A stretch of DNA of 64,000 bases from Vicinamibacterales bacterium (GTDB taxonomy: Bacteria; Acidobacteriota; Vicinamibacteria; Vicinamibacterales; CAVVIG01): the NCBI GenBank assembly GCA_035510155.1, contig DATKHR010000111.1:3-64002 (forward strand). Direction: 5' to 3'. The notes beneath the pieces are model-generated. The model was given only the letters and a program-made list of their open reading frames with translations, was not told where the DNA came from and made no database searches. The translations under genes were made by a program, and so were the position numbers. Each line of letters begins with the position of its first letter. The stretch's first letter is position 1. Positions 52,970 to 62,387 of the stretch are shown here, in pieces.

Positions 52970-54864
52970 TGAACTGGACTCGCCTCTCTCGCGCTCGACT
53001 GGGCGCCCGTGTGGGCGCCGTGGCCCTTGCCTGGCTCGGGCACGCGACGCTCGTCACGGCGCAGCCAGTCGCGACACACTCCAAAACGCGCCCAGCCCTG
53101 CAGGCGCTCGCGTCGCCACGCCTGGAAGGACGGCTCGCAGGATCGGAGGGCGAGAAGCTCGCCGCCGACTACCTCCAGTCCGAGCTGAGGCGCATCGGCG
53201 CCCGGCCTCTGCTTCTCCGGCTTCAGGAGGGGGAGCGTGCCGAGTACGTGATGCCGTTCGGCTTCACGGCGGGAACGCGAGACGCGGGGTCGATTCTGAC
53301 GGTCACCGGTGTGCCGTCGCCAGGGGGCGCTCAGCCGGCCGCGGGCAGCAGGCGCTTCGACACCCACACGGACGTGCGTGCCCTCTCGTTCTCCGATGAC
53401 GGCGAGGTCACCGGCGACGCCGTTTTCGCCGGTTACGGCATCGTCGTGCCCGAGAGCCAAACCTTCGGCTACGACAGCTACGCGACGCTGGACGTCAAGG
53501 ACAAGATCGTCGTGGTCCTCCGTTATTTCCCGGAAGACGCCGATGAGAAGACACGCGGCATCCTTGCGCGCTACGCGGACCTTCGTTACAAGGCGATGGC
53601 CGCGCGCCAGCGCGGCGCGAAGGCGATGCTGGTCGTCACGGGGCCGCGCTCTCCGAATGCCGGCGAAACCGTCAGCATGGGCTTCGATACGGCGCTCTCG
53701 GGATCAGGCATCGTGGCAGCGAGCATCAGCGGCGCGGCGGCTCGGACGATCTTCGCGGCGCTGCCTGGAGAAAAAGCGCTCGACTCGATCCAGCAATCGC
53801 TCGACAGCGGCAATCCGCACGTGACCGGCTACCCAATGCCCGGCGTCAAAGTCACGATCCGCGCCAGCGTGCAACGGGAGCGGCGCACCGGCCACAACGT
53901 GCTGGCGTACCTCCCGGCGACCGGTACCGAGGGGGCATCCAAGCCGTGGGTGGCCATTGGCGCCCACTACGACCACCTGGGCCACGGCGAAGCCGGCAAT
54001 ACGTTGGCGAGCGGCGCCGAGCTCAACAAGGTTCACGCCGGGGCGGATGACAACGCGTCCGGCTCTGCCGCCGTGCTTGCCATGGCCGAAGAGCTCTCGA
54101 ACGCTCCGCGCCATCGCAACGTGCTCCTGGCGTTCTGGTCTGGCGAAGAATTAGGTCTCCTCGGCTCCGCCGCGTTCGTCGCATCACCGCCCATCCCGCT
54201 TGATCGGATTGCGGCGTACCTGAACTTCGACATGGTCGGCCGCATGCAGGACAACAAGCTCATCGTGCAGGGCGCCGGCACGAGCCCGGAGTGGCCGAAG
54301 ATTCTCGAGCAGGCGAATGTCGTCGCCGGCTTCGACCTTCAGGTGCAGGACGATCCCTACCAGCCGACGGACGTGGCGACCTTCAACAACGTGAGCATTC
54401 CCTGTCTGAGCTTCTTCACCGGCGCGCACGCCGATTATCACAAGCCGTCCGACACCGCAGACAAGATCGATTACGACGACCTCGATCGTGTTGTCGACTT
54501 CGCGGTCGCGATCGTCAGGCGGCTGGTCGACGCGGACCGGCCGCCGCAGTTTACGAAGGTCGAGCAGCAGCTGCAGCCGGGCAGCGGGCGCGCCGGCGTG
54601 CGGGTGTTCACGGGCACGATCCCCGACTACGCTTCCGACGCAAAGGGACTGCTGCTGAGCGGCGTCATCGGCGGCGGACCGGCCGAGCAGGCGGGATTGC
54701 GGAAAGGCGACGTCATCGTCCAGATCGGCGGGCAGACGATTACGAACATCTACGACTACACCTACGCGCTCGATGTGCTGAAGATCGGCCAACCCACGAC
54801 TGTGATCTACCTGCGTGACGGGAAGCGCCTCGAGACGACGCTGACTCCGGCGGCGCGCAAGTAG
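52966..54864 (+). CDS. M28-family aminopeptidase with PA domain and C-terminal PDZ domain
   Basis: ATG 52966 overlaps the upstream stop (ATGA). Signal peptide. AHYDHLGHGE, GADDNASGSAAVL and WSGEELGLLGS zinc-ligand blocks. C-terminal PDZ GLRKGDVIVQIGGQ. Confidence 0.85.
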   Translation: MMNWTRLSRARLGARVGAVALAWLGHATLVTAQPVATHSKTRPALQALASPRLEGRLAGSEGEKLAADYLQSELRRIGARPLLLRLQEGERAEYVMPFGFTAGTRDAGSILTVTGVPSPGGAQPAAGSRRFDTHTDVRALSFSDDGEVTGDAVFAGYGIVVPESQTFGYDSYATLDVKDKIVVVLRYFPEDADEKTRGILARYADLRYKAMAARQRGAKAMLVVTGPRSPNAGETVSMGFDTALSGSGIVAASISGAAARTIFAALPGEKALDSIQQSLDSGNPHVTGYPMPGVKVTIRASVQRERRTGHNVLAYLPATGTEGASKPWVAIGAHYDHLGHGEAGNTLASGAELNKVHAGADDNASGSAAVLAMAEELSNAPRHRNVLLAFWSGEELGLLGSAAFVASPPIPLDRIAAYLNFDMVGRMQDNKLIVQGAGTSPEWPKILEQANVVAGFDLQVQDDPYQPTDVATFNNVSIPCLSFFTGAHADYHKPSDTADKIDYDDLDRVVDFAVAIVRRLVDADRPPQFTKVEQQLQPGSGRAGVRVFTGTIPDYASDAKGLLLSGVIGGGPAEQAGLRKGDVIVQIGGQTITNIYDYTYALDVLKIGQPTTVIYLRDGKRLETTLTPAARK

Positions 54865-54887
54865 AACCCGACCGGACTCCGCGGGCG

Positions 54888-55820
54888 TCAGCGCCGATTC
54901 AACCTGGCCAGCAGCGATTCGATCTGTTGTCGCAGCTGCAGCAGCCTCGCCCGCTCCACGGTGACCGTGTCGGCACGCCCGGCTTCACCGGGCCGGGCGT
55001 CAGCTTGTTTTTCAGAACCTGGTCTCTCATTACCCGGCCTCACGCCGGAGGTACCGATCGCCGAGGGTATCGAATTGCCGAGCATGCGATCGATCATCTG
55101 CTCGGCATCAATGAGCTGGGCCCGCAGCTCCGCGTCGCCGATGGAACGGCCTGCCGATCGAGCGTCCAGGCTCGAGGCGCCCATGGAGGTCTGAGAGGTC
55201 GTCTCCAGTGAGTCGGTGCGAGGTCCAGGCCCACTCCGCCCGAGCGCGCGCAGGAACGGCGCGGCTTCGGTGGGCGCCGACAGCTCGCGGCTCGCGAGAA
55301 CAGTGCTCGGTGCCGCCCCGCGGCCGTAGACGCTGATGTTCGCTCTTTCGTCGGCTATCAACTCACTCCCTGACAGATCAACCGGCACGAGCGGTCCCTT
55401 TGAGCGCTGGTAAGAAACAATTGCCTGGTTGCGCTCGAGCTGGACCCTGCTCTCCAGGATTCGCGTCACAGCCGATTCAGGCATCATCAGAACCACCAGA
55501 TCGCCCCGGGAGAGCGGGCGGCTGCTCGTGAGTCGGACAAACAGCGGCGCGCTCCAACCGCCTGCGGATCGGCAACTCATCACGCCCCGGCCGATCCCGC
55601 CCGAGGCGCTGTCAGCTTCGGGCACGACGATCACGCAGTGCGCGCGGCCCCACGAGTCCGAGGGGATCTCGTCTCTCGCCTGCCCCACGACTCTCGCGCC
55701 GCCGGCGAGGCGACCCGCCACGTCTTCATCACTCCGGCGGCCCGTATCTTGCGCCGCGGCGGCTTCTGCCAAGCAAGCCGCGGCAAGCAGCACCCCGACG
55801 GCAGCAAACCCGCGGATCAT
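54888..55820 (-). CDS. SYLF (Ysc84/DUF500) lipid-binding-domain protein with long disordered/coiled C-terminal tail
   Basis: ORF 54888..56846 trimmed to ATG 55820 (GGAGGTG upstream; signal MIRGFAAVGVLLAAACLA). AHCVIVVPE...GGIGRGVMSCRSAGGWSAPLFV resembles the SYLF core. Confidence 0.6.
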   Translation of the reverse strand: MIRGFAAVGVLLAAACLAEAAAAQDTGRRSDEDVAGRLAGGARVVGQARDEIPSDSWGRAHCVIVVPEADSASGGIGRGVMSCRSAGGWSAPLFVRLTSSRPLSRGDLVVLMMPESAVTRILESRVQLERNQAIVSYQRSKGPLVPVDLSGSELIADERANISVYGRGAAPSTVLASRELSAPTEAAPFLRALGRSGPGPRTDSLETTSQTSMGASSLDARSAGRSIGDAELRAQLIDAEQMIDRMLGNSIPSAIGTSGVRPGNERPGSEKQADARPGEAGRADTVTVERARLLQLRQQIESLLARLNRR

Positions 55821-55862
55821 CGTGCACCTCCGCCGGACAGAATGCTGCAATATGATTGCCGC

Positions 55863-56813
55863 ATGCCGCCTCGAAAAAAGCCCGTTCGCCGGAAGAAAAG
55901 CGCACCCGGTTCGGTAGGCCTGTCCGCTGCCGAGACGCGACAGGTCGCCGATGCCGCCTTGGAGGCCCTCGTGTCGCACGTAGAGACGGACGGCGGCGCG
56001 GTCCTCGGGCGCTATCGGGACCCGTTCGGCGCCGAGCCGCTGCTGCTGGTAGCCCTGCCGATTGATAAGGTGGAACCCACGCCGTACCAACGCGATCCAT
56101 CCGATGCTCACGTCAAGCGTCTGATGGGCGTGATCGAGACCATCGGCCGGTTCCTGGATCCCATCGTGGCCGTGCGTGAAAACGGGCACTATCTGACGCC
56201 CAACGGTAATCATCGATTGCAAGCGCTCAAGCGGCTCGGCGCCAGGACCGTCGTCGCGCTGCTCGTCCCCGACCCGCGCGTCGCGTTCAGGATCCTGGCG
56301 CTCAACACCGAGAAAGCGCACAACCTGCGCGAGAAGTCGCTCGAAACTATCCGAATGGCGCGCGCACTGGCGACCACGAGCGATCAGACCGAGCGTGCGT
56401 ACGCCTTCGAGTTCGACCAGCCGGCGCTGTTGACTCTGGGGGTCTGCTATGAGGAGCGCCCGCGGTTCAGCGGCGGCGCCTACCAGTCGATCCTGCGTCG
56501 CGTCGACGAATTCCTCGACGAGCCCATCCGCAAGGCGCTCAAGGAACGCGAACGCCGCGGCCGGAAGATCCTGAAGCTCGACGACGGCGTGAGCGCGGCG
56601 GTCGAGAAGTTGAAAGCGAAGGGGCTCACCAGTCCTTATCTGAAGGCGTTCGTCGTCGCTCGCGTCAACTACACGCGCTTCTCGAAGGCGACGTCGTTCG
56701 ACTTCGACGAAGCACTCGACAAGATCATCGCCAGCGCACAAAGGTTCAACGTCGATCGCGTGAAGCAGGAGGACGTCGCGAAAACCGGCGGCGGGCCCCC
56801 TGAGGAAGATTAG
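55863..56813 (+). CDS. ParB/Srx-fold N-terminal-domain protein (ParB-like nuclease domain; stand-alone)
   Basis: ATG 55863. Basic tail MPPRKKPVRRKKS. IDKVEPTPYQRD...DPIVAV....YLTPNGNHRLQALKRLG matches the ParB N-domain boxes with a GNHR variant of the GxxR/DGQHR motif. I saw no obvious HTH. Confidence 0.6.
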   Translation: MPPRKKPVRRKKSAPGSVGLSAAETRQVADAALEALVSHVETDGGAVLGRYRDPFGAEPLLLVALPIDKVEPTPYQRDPSDAHVKRLMGVIETIGRFLDPIVAVRENGHYLTPNGNHRLQALKRLGARTVVALLVPDPRVAFRILALNTEKAHNLREKSLETIRMARALATTSDQTERAYAFEFDQPALLTLGVCYEERPRFSGGAYQSILRRVDEFLDEPIRKALKERERRGRKILKLDDGVSAAVEKLKAKGLTSPYLKAFVVARVNYTRFSKATSFDFDEALDKIIASAQRFNVDRVKQEDVAKTGGGPPEED

Positions 56814-56892
56814 GCTCGGCTCCCGGCAGCCACGCCGAGATTCCACGGTGTATCATCGATTCCGGGTAGGTTCGCCAGGAGGAGTTGCCCGT

Positions 56893-58464
56893 ATGGTGCG
56901 ACGATTCGTGATGGTTGCCACGGTAGCCGGATGTCTGGGGGCATCCGGGTTCGCGTTCGCCCAGGAGCCGGCTGCACCCGCGCCCGCACGCGCGCAGGCG
57001 GGCCCCGCCGCCAGGTCAACGGTCGAGACCGCCGGTCCAGCCGAGGAGAAAATCTCTCAAACCTCGCACACGATCAGGCTCGAGGGGCAGGACATCAAGT
57101 ACACCGCCACGGTCGGCACGCTCCCCATCCGGTTGGATGATGGGAGAGTGGCGGCGCGGATGTTCTTCGTCGCGTACACGAGAGACGGCGAGAACGCAAG
57201 AACACGGCCGCTGTCGTTCTTGTTCAACGGCGGGCCGGGCGCCGCGACAATCTGGCTGCACATGGGATCGTTTGCGCCTCGCCACGTGCAGATGGCCGAC
57301 GATGGGTTTCAGCCGGCACCGCCTTACCACCTCGTCGACAACGAGCAATCGCTGCTCGACGTAACCGACCTCGTGTTCGTGGACGCGATTGATACCGGCT
57401 ACAGCCGCGCGGTCGGCGACACCGACAACAAGCAGTTTCATGGCGTGCGCGGCGATCTTCGAGCGTTCGGCGAGTTCATCAACGAGTACCTGAAGACCTA
57501 CAGCCGGTTTCCGTCGCCGAAGTACCTGATTGGCGAAAGCTACGGCACGATTCGATCCGCGGGTCTTGCGAAGGAGCTGCAGGACCGCCACGGCATCGAG
57601 CTGAACGGCATTGTGCTGGTGTCTACGCTGCTGACGTACCAGACCTTGTCGCCCTCCGATCAGAACGACATCGCATACGCCGCGCACATCGAGACCTACA
57701 CGGCGACGGCGTGGTATCACAAGAAGCTGCCGGCGGATCTCGGCGATCTCAAAAGAGCCACCGACGCGGCCCGCGACTTTGCGTTCGGCGAGTATCTGAC
57801 AGCGCTCGCCCGGGGCAACCGGTTGGCCACGGCGGAGCGCACGGCTCTCGCACAGAAGCTCGCGCGATTCACGGGCCTCACTCCCGAGTACGTTTTGCGA
57901 GCGAACTTGCGCATCGCCCCCGGGCGGTTCAGAAAAGAGCTCCTCCGCGACCGGCGCCTCGTACTGGGGCGTCTCGACAGTCGATTCACGGCCGTCGAGG
58001 GCGACGCGGCCGGCGAGACCGAGGAGTTCGATATCTCGAATACGGCCGTCCAGGGCCCCTACACAGCGATGTTTCAGGACTATGTGAAAAACGACCTGAA
58101 GTGGCAAAGCGAACTGCACTATCCGACGTCAGGCAACGTGCGGCCTTGGAATTGGGATCCGTTCGAGAACCGCTACATGGACGAGACCGGCGCGCTGCTC
58201 TCGGCAATGTCGCACAATCCGTTTCTGAAGATCTTCGTCGCCCAGGGATACTACGACATGGCGACGGTCATGGGCGGGATGGAGCTCAACTTCGCGCATC
58301 TCGGATACGACAAGACGTTCACCGATCGCGTGTCGTTCGGCTACTATGAGGCCGGCCACATGATTTACATCAGGGCTTCCGCTCACAAGGCGCTCAAGCA
58401 GGACGTCGTCCGGTTCTTCGAGGGCACTCGATCGGCGCGACCCACGGCGACGTCGCAGCAATAA
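56893..58464 (+). CDS. S10-family serine carboxypeptidase
   Basis: GGAGGAG at 56877-56883 precedes ATG 56893 (the ORF opens with GTG 56848). Signal peptide. FNGGPGAAT and nucleophile IGESYGT motifs. Confidence 0.8.
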   Translation: MVRRFVMVATVAGCLGASGFAFAQEPAAPAPARAQAGPAARSTVETAGPAEEKISQTSHTIRLEGQDIKYTATVGTLPIRLDDGRVAARMFFVAYTRDGENARTRPLSFLFNGGPGAATIWLHMGSFAPRHVQMADDGFQPAPPYHLVDNEQSLLDVTDLVFVDAIDTGYSRAVGDTDNKQFHGVRGDLRAFGEFINEYLKTYSRFPSPKYLIGESYGTIRSAGLAKELQDRHGIELNGIVLVSTLLTYQTLSPSDQNDIAYAAHIETYTATAWYHKKLPADLGDLKRATDAARDFAFGEYLTALARGNRLATAERTALAQKLARFTGLTPEYVLRANLRIAPGRFRKELLRDRRLVLGRLDSRFTAVEGDAAGETEEFDISNTAVQGPYTAMFQDYVKNDLKWQSELHYPTSGNVRPWNWDPFENRYMDETGALLSAMSHNPFLKIFVAQGYYDMATVMGGMELNFAHLGYDKTFTDRVSFGYYEAGHMIYIRASAHKALKQDVVRFFEGTRSARPTATSQQ

Positions 58465-58502
58465 CCGCGTCGAGGCGCCAAGTCAGCCGTGTGAGCGCGG
58501 CT

Positions 58503-60896
58503 TCATTGGTGCCCCGCCGTCGTTCGGCTCGTATCGCCTTTCAGGAACCGGGCGAGGAATTCGTCGAGGCGGTTGAACGCGGTCATCCAGCGCTTGTGCA
58601 GGAGCGTCTCGTGGGTGTCGTCTGGAAAGACGATCAGCTCGTAATACACGTGATGCGCGCGCAGCAGCTGGACCAATCCCGTGGTCTGCGAGAACTGGAC
58701 GTTCCGATCGTCGTCTCCATGGATCAGGAGCACCGGTGACTTCCAGGTGTCGATGGCGGAAATGGCCGACGACTGATACGAGACGTTGTCGGGATCGAGC
58801 GAGCTGCCCCACAGGTGAACGCCCGCGAGATCCACGCCGGCCTTGAAGATGTCGGAGTTTCGCGCGAGCGCCTGCGCCGTGAGCACCCCGCCGTAGGACA
58901 ATCCCCAGATGCCGACGCGGCCCGGATCCACGTCAGGACGCGACTGCAGATACTTCCCACCCGCCACGACGTCCTGGTACTCCGCGTTGCCGCGCCCACC
59001 GGTGTTCGACGCCGTGCGGAACGACTTCCCGTACCCGATGCCGCTCCGATAGTTCACCGAGAGCACGACGTATCCCCGGCTCGCAAGCCACTGATTCACC
59101 GCGTACGCGATGTGGTAGAAGTGCATGTAGTGGTAGCCGAGCAGCATCTGACGGATCGGCCCGCCGTGTACGAAGACGATCGCGGGGCGCCTCTCGCCTG
59201 GCTTCAAATCGTTCGGAAGAAACAGCTGATTATGAATCTCGAGACCGTCGGGAGCCTGCGTGATCACTGCCTGAGGACTGACCTCGTCCGCCACCGGAAA
59301 GTCCTTCGGCAGCGTGGGAAAGATGATCCTTGCCGATCCACCTTCCGCTGACACCATGCCGACCGACTGCGGCCGTTTCGCATCCGCGCTGAGCACCGCC
59401 ACCTGCCGGCCCGAGGCCAGCGCAGCCGGGGAGGTCTCGATCGAGTCGCCGCGCGTCATCTGCACTGCCGGACCGCCGGCGACCGGCACCTTCCAGATGT
59501 GGCGATGATCGATGTCGCCGGCGTTCGTGCAGTAATAAAGGTAAGCGCCGTCGCTCGACAGGCTGAAGTTCTCCACCATGCCGTCACCCGGAGTCAGGGC
59601 GACCGGCAGCTCGACCCCACCCGATTCGGGGCCCGGGTCGGATGTGACGCCCACTGTATAGACCCGAATCCATTCTTCCGGCTCCGCCTGGAAGATCACG
59701 TGGTCCGTCCCGGCCCACCGAATCGCGTTGACAGCGGTGAATTGTCGGTCGTCGGGCTGGTTGTGCCAGAATTCGCGCGCCTCGCCGGTCTGAACATCCG
59801 CAACCCAGAATGAGAGCGTGTAACCACCCGCAAAGGCTGCCGTCGTCAGTCCTGGTCGCTCCGCCGGCTGGCCCGACTCTCCTGACCTGCCGCGTCCCGC
59901 CTGATCGGGCGACTGGCCGCCGCCCCCGCGTCCCTGACCGCCACGCCCGCCGTTGCGCACAGCGTTCAACGGGTTGTAAGCCGGTCCATCGGGGTTCCCG
60001 ATGCTGCCGAGGCCCTGGTGCGCCTGCAGGCCGAAGGGCGTCCCGGGCCGGCGGATGAAGGCCACGCGCCTGCTGTCGGGCGACCATGTCGGACTCGCGT
60101 CGTGATCGACGCTCGGCGAGAGGAACTTGACGCCATGCGTCTTGAGGTCGTAGACACCTACGAACGCATGGTCGACCCGGTTACTGACGAACGCGAGTTT
60201 CTTGCCGTCAGGCGACCATTCCATGCCGCCGTTGGCGCCCCACGCTCTGATGATCGGCGCGCCGCGACGAGCGCCGGTCAGACGCGGGCTCGTCGACCGT
60301 TCTCCGGGGGGAGGCGTGGGACTGCCGGCTTCGGCCCGCGGGCTCACGTCGTAGGCGTAGATCTGCCCGTCCTTGGCGAACACGAGAGTCCCGCCATCGG
60401 GCGAGAGCACCGGCGACGTCCCCTCGCCAATCCTCCAGGCAGCCCCTCCACTGGTCCGCGCGGCCCACACCGTTCGCTCAGCGCCACTCGGATCGCTCGT
60501 CGGGTTCGCCACCCACCCGTCTCGGTTGGGCTCGGTTCCGCGGACGAACGTCACCACCATCCCGTCGTCCGAGATCCGAAGGTCGCTGATGTCGACGCCG
60601 TTGTCTTCCTCGAAGCCGGTGAGTCGAACCGGGCGGAAGTCGGGCGCCGCCGCGCTGTACACATTGCGCCGTCCGCGCTCGTACGCCCACCACGCGACTC
60701 GGTCGGCCTTCTTGGCCGACACGAGATCCTGAGGATACGCCGGGCTCAGAAACTGTTCGATCGTTGGCCTCCCATCGATCGTCGACCCGGCGCCGATCGC
60801 GGCGGGCGAGGCCGCCCTCGAGACTGAACCTGGCGCGAAGGCTATCAACGCAAACGCGGTCGAGAACAACGCGGCACGAGCAAACAAACGGTTCAT
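58503..60896 (-). CDS. S9-family serine peptidase (prolyl oligopeptidase/DPP-type) with N-terminal beta-propeller
   Basis: ORF 58503..61250 trimmed to ATG 60896 (GGAGGG at 60901-60906; signal MNRLFARAALFSTAFALIAFA). PD40-like blades. Catalytic GIWGLSYGG, LLIHGDDDRNV and late His. A Gly/Arg-rich insert is encoded at about 59851-59960. Confidence 0.85.
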   Translation of the reverse strand: MNRLFARAALFSTAFALIAFAPGSVSRAASPAAIGAGSTIDGRPTIEQFLSPAYPQDLVSAKKADRVAWWAYERGRRNVYSAAAPDFRPVRLTGFEEDNGVDISDLRISDDGMVVTFVRGTEPNRDGWVANPTSDPSGAERTVWAARTSGGAAWRIGEGTSPVLSPDGGTLVFAKDGQIYAYDVSPRAEAGSPTPPPGERSTSPRLTGARRGAPIIRAWGANGGMEWSPDGKKLAFVSNRVDHAFVGVYDLKTHGVKFLSPSVDHDASPTWSPDSRRVAFIRRPGTPFGLQAHQGLGSIGNPDGPAYNPLNAVRNGGRGGQGRGGGGQSPDQAGRGRSGESGQPAERPGLTTAAFAGGYTLSFWVADVQTGEAREFWHNQPDDRQFTAVNAIRWAGTDHVIFQAEPEEWIRVYTVGVTSDPGPESGGVELPVALTPGDGMVENFSLSSDGAYLYYCTNAGDIDHRHIWKVPVAGGPAVQMTRGDSIETSPAALASGRQVAVLSADAKRPQSVGMVSAEGGSARIIFPTLPKDFPVADEVSPQAVITQAPDGLEIHNQLFLPNDLKPGERRPAIVFVHGGPIRQMLLGYHYMHFYHIAYAVNQWLASRGYVVLSVNYRSGIGYGKSFRTASNTGGRGNAEYQDVVAGGKYLQSRPDVDPGRVGIWGLSYGGVLTAQALARNSDIFKAGVDLAGVHLWGSSLDPDNVSYQSSAISAIDTWKSPVLLIHGDDDRNVQFSQTTGLVQLLRAHHVYYELIVFPDDTHETLLHKRWMTAFNRLDEFLARFLKGDTSRTTAGHQ

Positions 60897-60913
60897 CACG
60901 CCCTCCCAACCAC

Positions 60914-61411
60914 TCATGACCTGGTCCGATAGAACGCGATCATGTCCATCGGCTTCGCGGGCTGCGCCCCCATCTGCCGCAGCATCGTTGTGACCTGCCC
61001 GCGGTGGTAGCTCGCGTGGTTGACCACATGCTGGAGCATCTGCCAGAACGGCGACGCGCCGGCCGACCCGTTCAGCAGCTTGTATTCGATGACCTTCGTG
61101 ACGCCTGACCCTCCGAGGCGGTTGGCAAACGCGCGCACGTTGGCTTCGGTTTCTGTCCACGCTCGGCGGATCGATGCGACGTCGGGATAGGGCTCGCTCG
61201 TCAACAACGCCGTCGGTGACGCCCCCTGCCAGCGCGAATACCACGCCCATTCGGCGGCGTACATGTGCACGACCGTTTCGCGGATCGACTTGAAGCTGCT
61301 GCCCAGGTCCCTTGCGTACTGCTCGGGGGGAAGCCTCTCGAGCGCGTCGAGCATGCGGTCGCGAGCCCAGTAGTGGTAGTCGAGCATCGTGATCAGATCG
61401 TCAAGGGACAT
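60914..61411 (-). CDS. DinB-family (four-helix bundle, metal-binding) protein
   Basis: 165 aa. LDYHYWARDRML..., HMYAAEWAW, HVVNHASYHRGQV are hallmarks of DinB/YfiT-like proteins. Confidence 0.8.
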   Translation of the reverse strand: MSLDDLITMLDYHYWARDRMLDALERLPPEQYARDLGSSFKSIRETVVHMYAAEWAWYSRWQGASPTALLTSEPYPDVASIRRAWTETEANVRAFANRLGGSGVTKVIEYKLLNGSAGASPFWQMLQHVVNHASYHRGQVTTMLRQMGAQPAKPMDMIAFYRTRS

Positions 61412-61417
61412 TTAAAC

Positions 61418-61458
61418 CTCGGATTGACCTCGGCATGTCTCGGATTGACCTCGGCATG
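61418..61458. repeat. Perfect 20-bp unit duplicated in tandem (21-bp period) immediately upstream of the DinB-family gene
   Basis: ctcggattgacctcggcatg occurs at 61418-61437 and again at 61439-61458. The CTCGG core occurs four times at roughly 10-11 bp spacing. Confidence 0.85.
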
Positions 61459-61469
61459 GCGTGAGCGTA

Positions 61470-62387
61470 TCACCGCGCGAAGATGTTCCGGATGACGAAC
61501 CCGACGTTGGCTGGACGCTCGGCCAATCGCCGCATGTACCACGGGAACCAGTACTCGCCGTACGAGATGAGCACCCGGAGCGGCTTCCCCGAGGCGACCA
61601 ACCGCCGCTGGAGCGGGCGCTGGATCCCATAGAGCATCGCGTACTCAGACGCCGACCGTGGCACGCGGTTGTCCTCGATGAACTTGCCGATGCGCTCGAC
61701 CAGCTTCGAGTCGTGCGTCGCGATGTGCACGCGGGCATTGCCCGCCAAGAGCCGGCATGCCAAACGAAAGTAGTTCTCGTCGACGTCGGCCTTCCTCGGA
61801 AACGCAACCGACGCCGGCTCGAGGTAGGCGCCTTTGACAAGCCGCACCGCGGACCCGAGCGGTATCAGCGCCTCGACATCCCGCTCCGTCCGCCGAAGGT
61901 ACGCCTGCAGCGCCAGGCCGACCCGGGACGTCCGAGCCCTGGCGCGGCGAAACAGCTCGATGGTCGGATCGACGTACGGCGAGCTCTCCATATCAATCCA
62001 AATGAAGTTGTTGCCGGACGCCGCCCGATCGATCAGCCGCTCGAGGTTCCGGTAACAGAGCTCCTTGTCGAGATCCAACCCGAGCTGCGTCGGTTTGATC
62101 GACACTTCAGCATTGAGCTTTCGGGCGGACACGTTGTCAAGGACGTCGAGATAATGGCCTGTCACCTCCTCGGCTTCGTCGGCTCGGGTCAGGTTTTCAC
62201 CGAGCTTCGTGAGAATCGTCCCGACACCCTCCTGCTGCAGGAGCGCCGCGGCGCCGAGCGCGTCTTCGAGGCGCTCGCCCGGCATGAAGCTCGACACTGA
62301 GCGGCGAACGAATGCTGTTTTGGTCGCGCGCTCACGGACCCACGCGTTGGTCGACACGGCCAGCAGGAGGTTTCGGGCGACACCCAC
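61470..62387 (-). CDS. Proline dehydrogenase (monofunctional PutA-like PRODH)
   Basis: 305 aa. FMPGERLEDAL, TILTKLGE, VSIKPTQLGL, IDMESS and LQAYLRRT blocks are typical of bacterial PRODH. GTG start directly abuts the upstream stop. Confidence 0.8.
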   Translation of the reverse strand: MGVARNLLLAVSTNAWVRERATKTAFVRRSVSSFMPGERLEDALGAAALLQQEGVGTILTKLGENLTRADEAEEVTGHYLDVLDNVSARKLNAEVSIKPTQLGLDLDKELCYRNLERLIDRAASGNNFIWIDMESSPYVDPTIELFRRARARTSRVGLALQAYLRRTERDVEALIPLGSAVRLVKGAYLEPASVAFPRKADVDENYFRLACRLLAGNARVHIATHDSKLVERIGKFIEDNRVPRSASEYAMLYGIQRPLQRRLVASGKPLRVLISYGEYWFPWYMRRLAERPANVGFVIRNIFAR

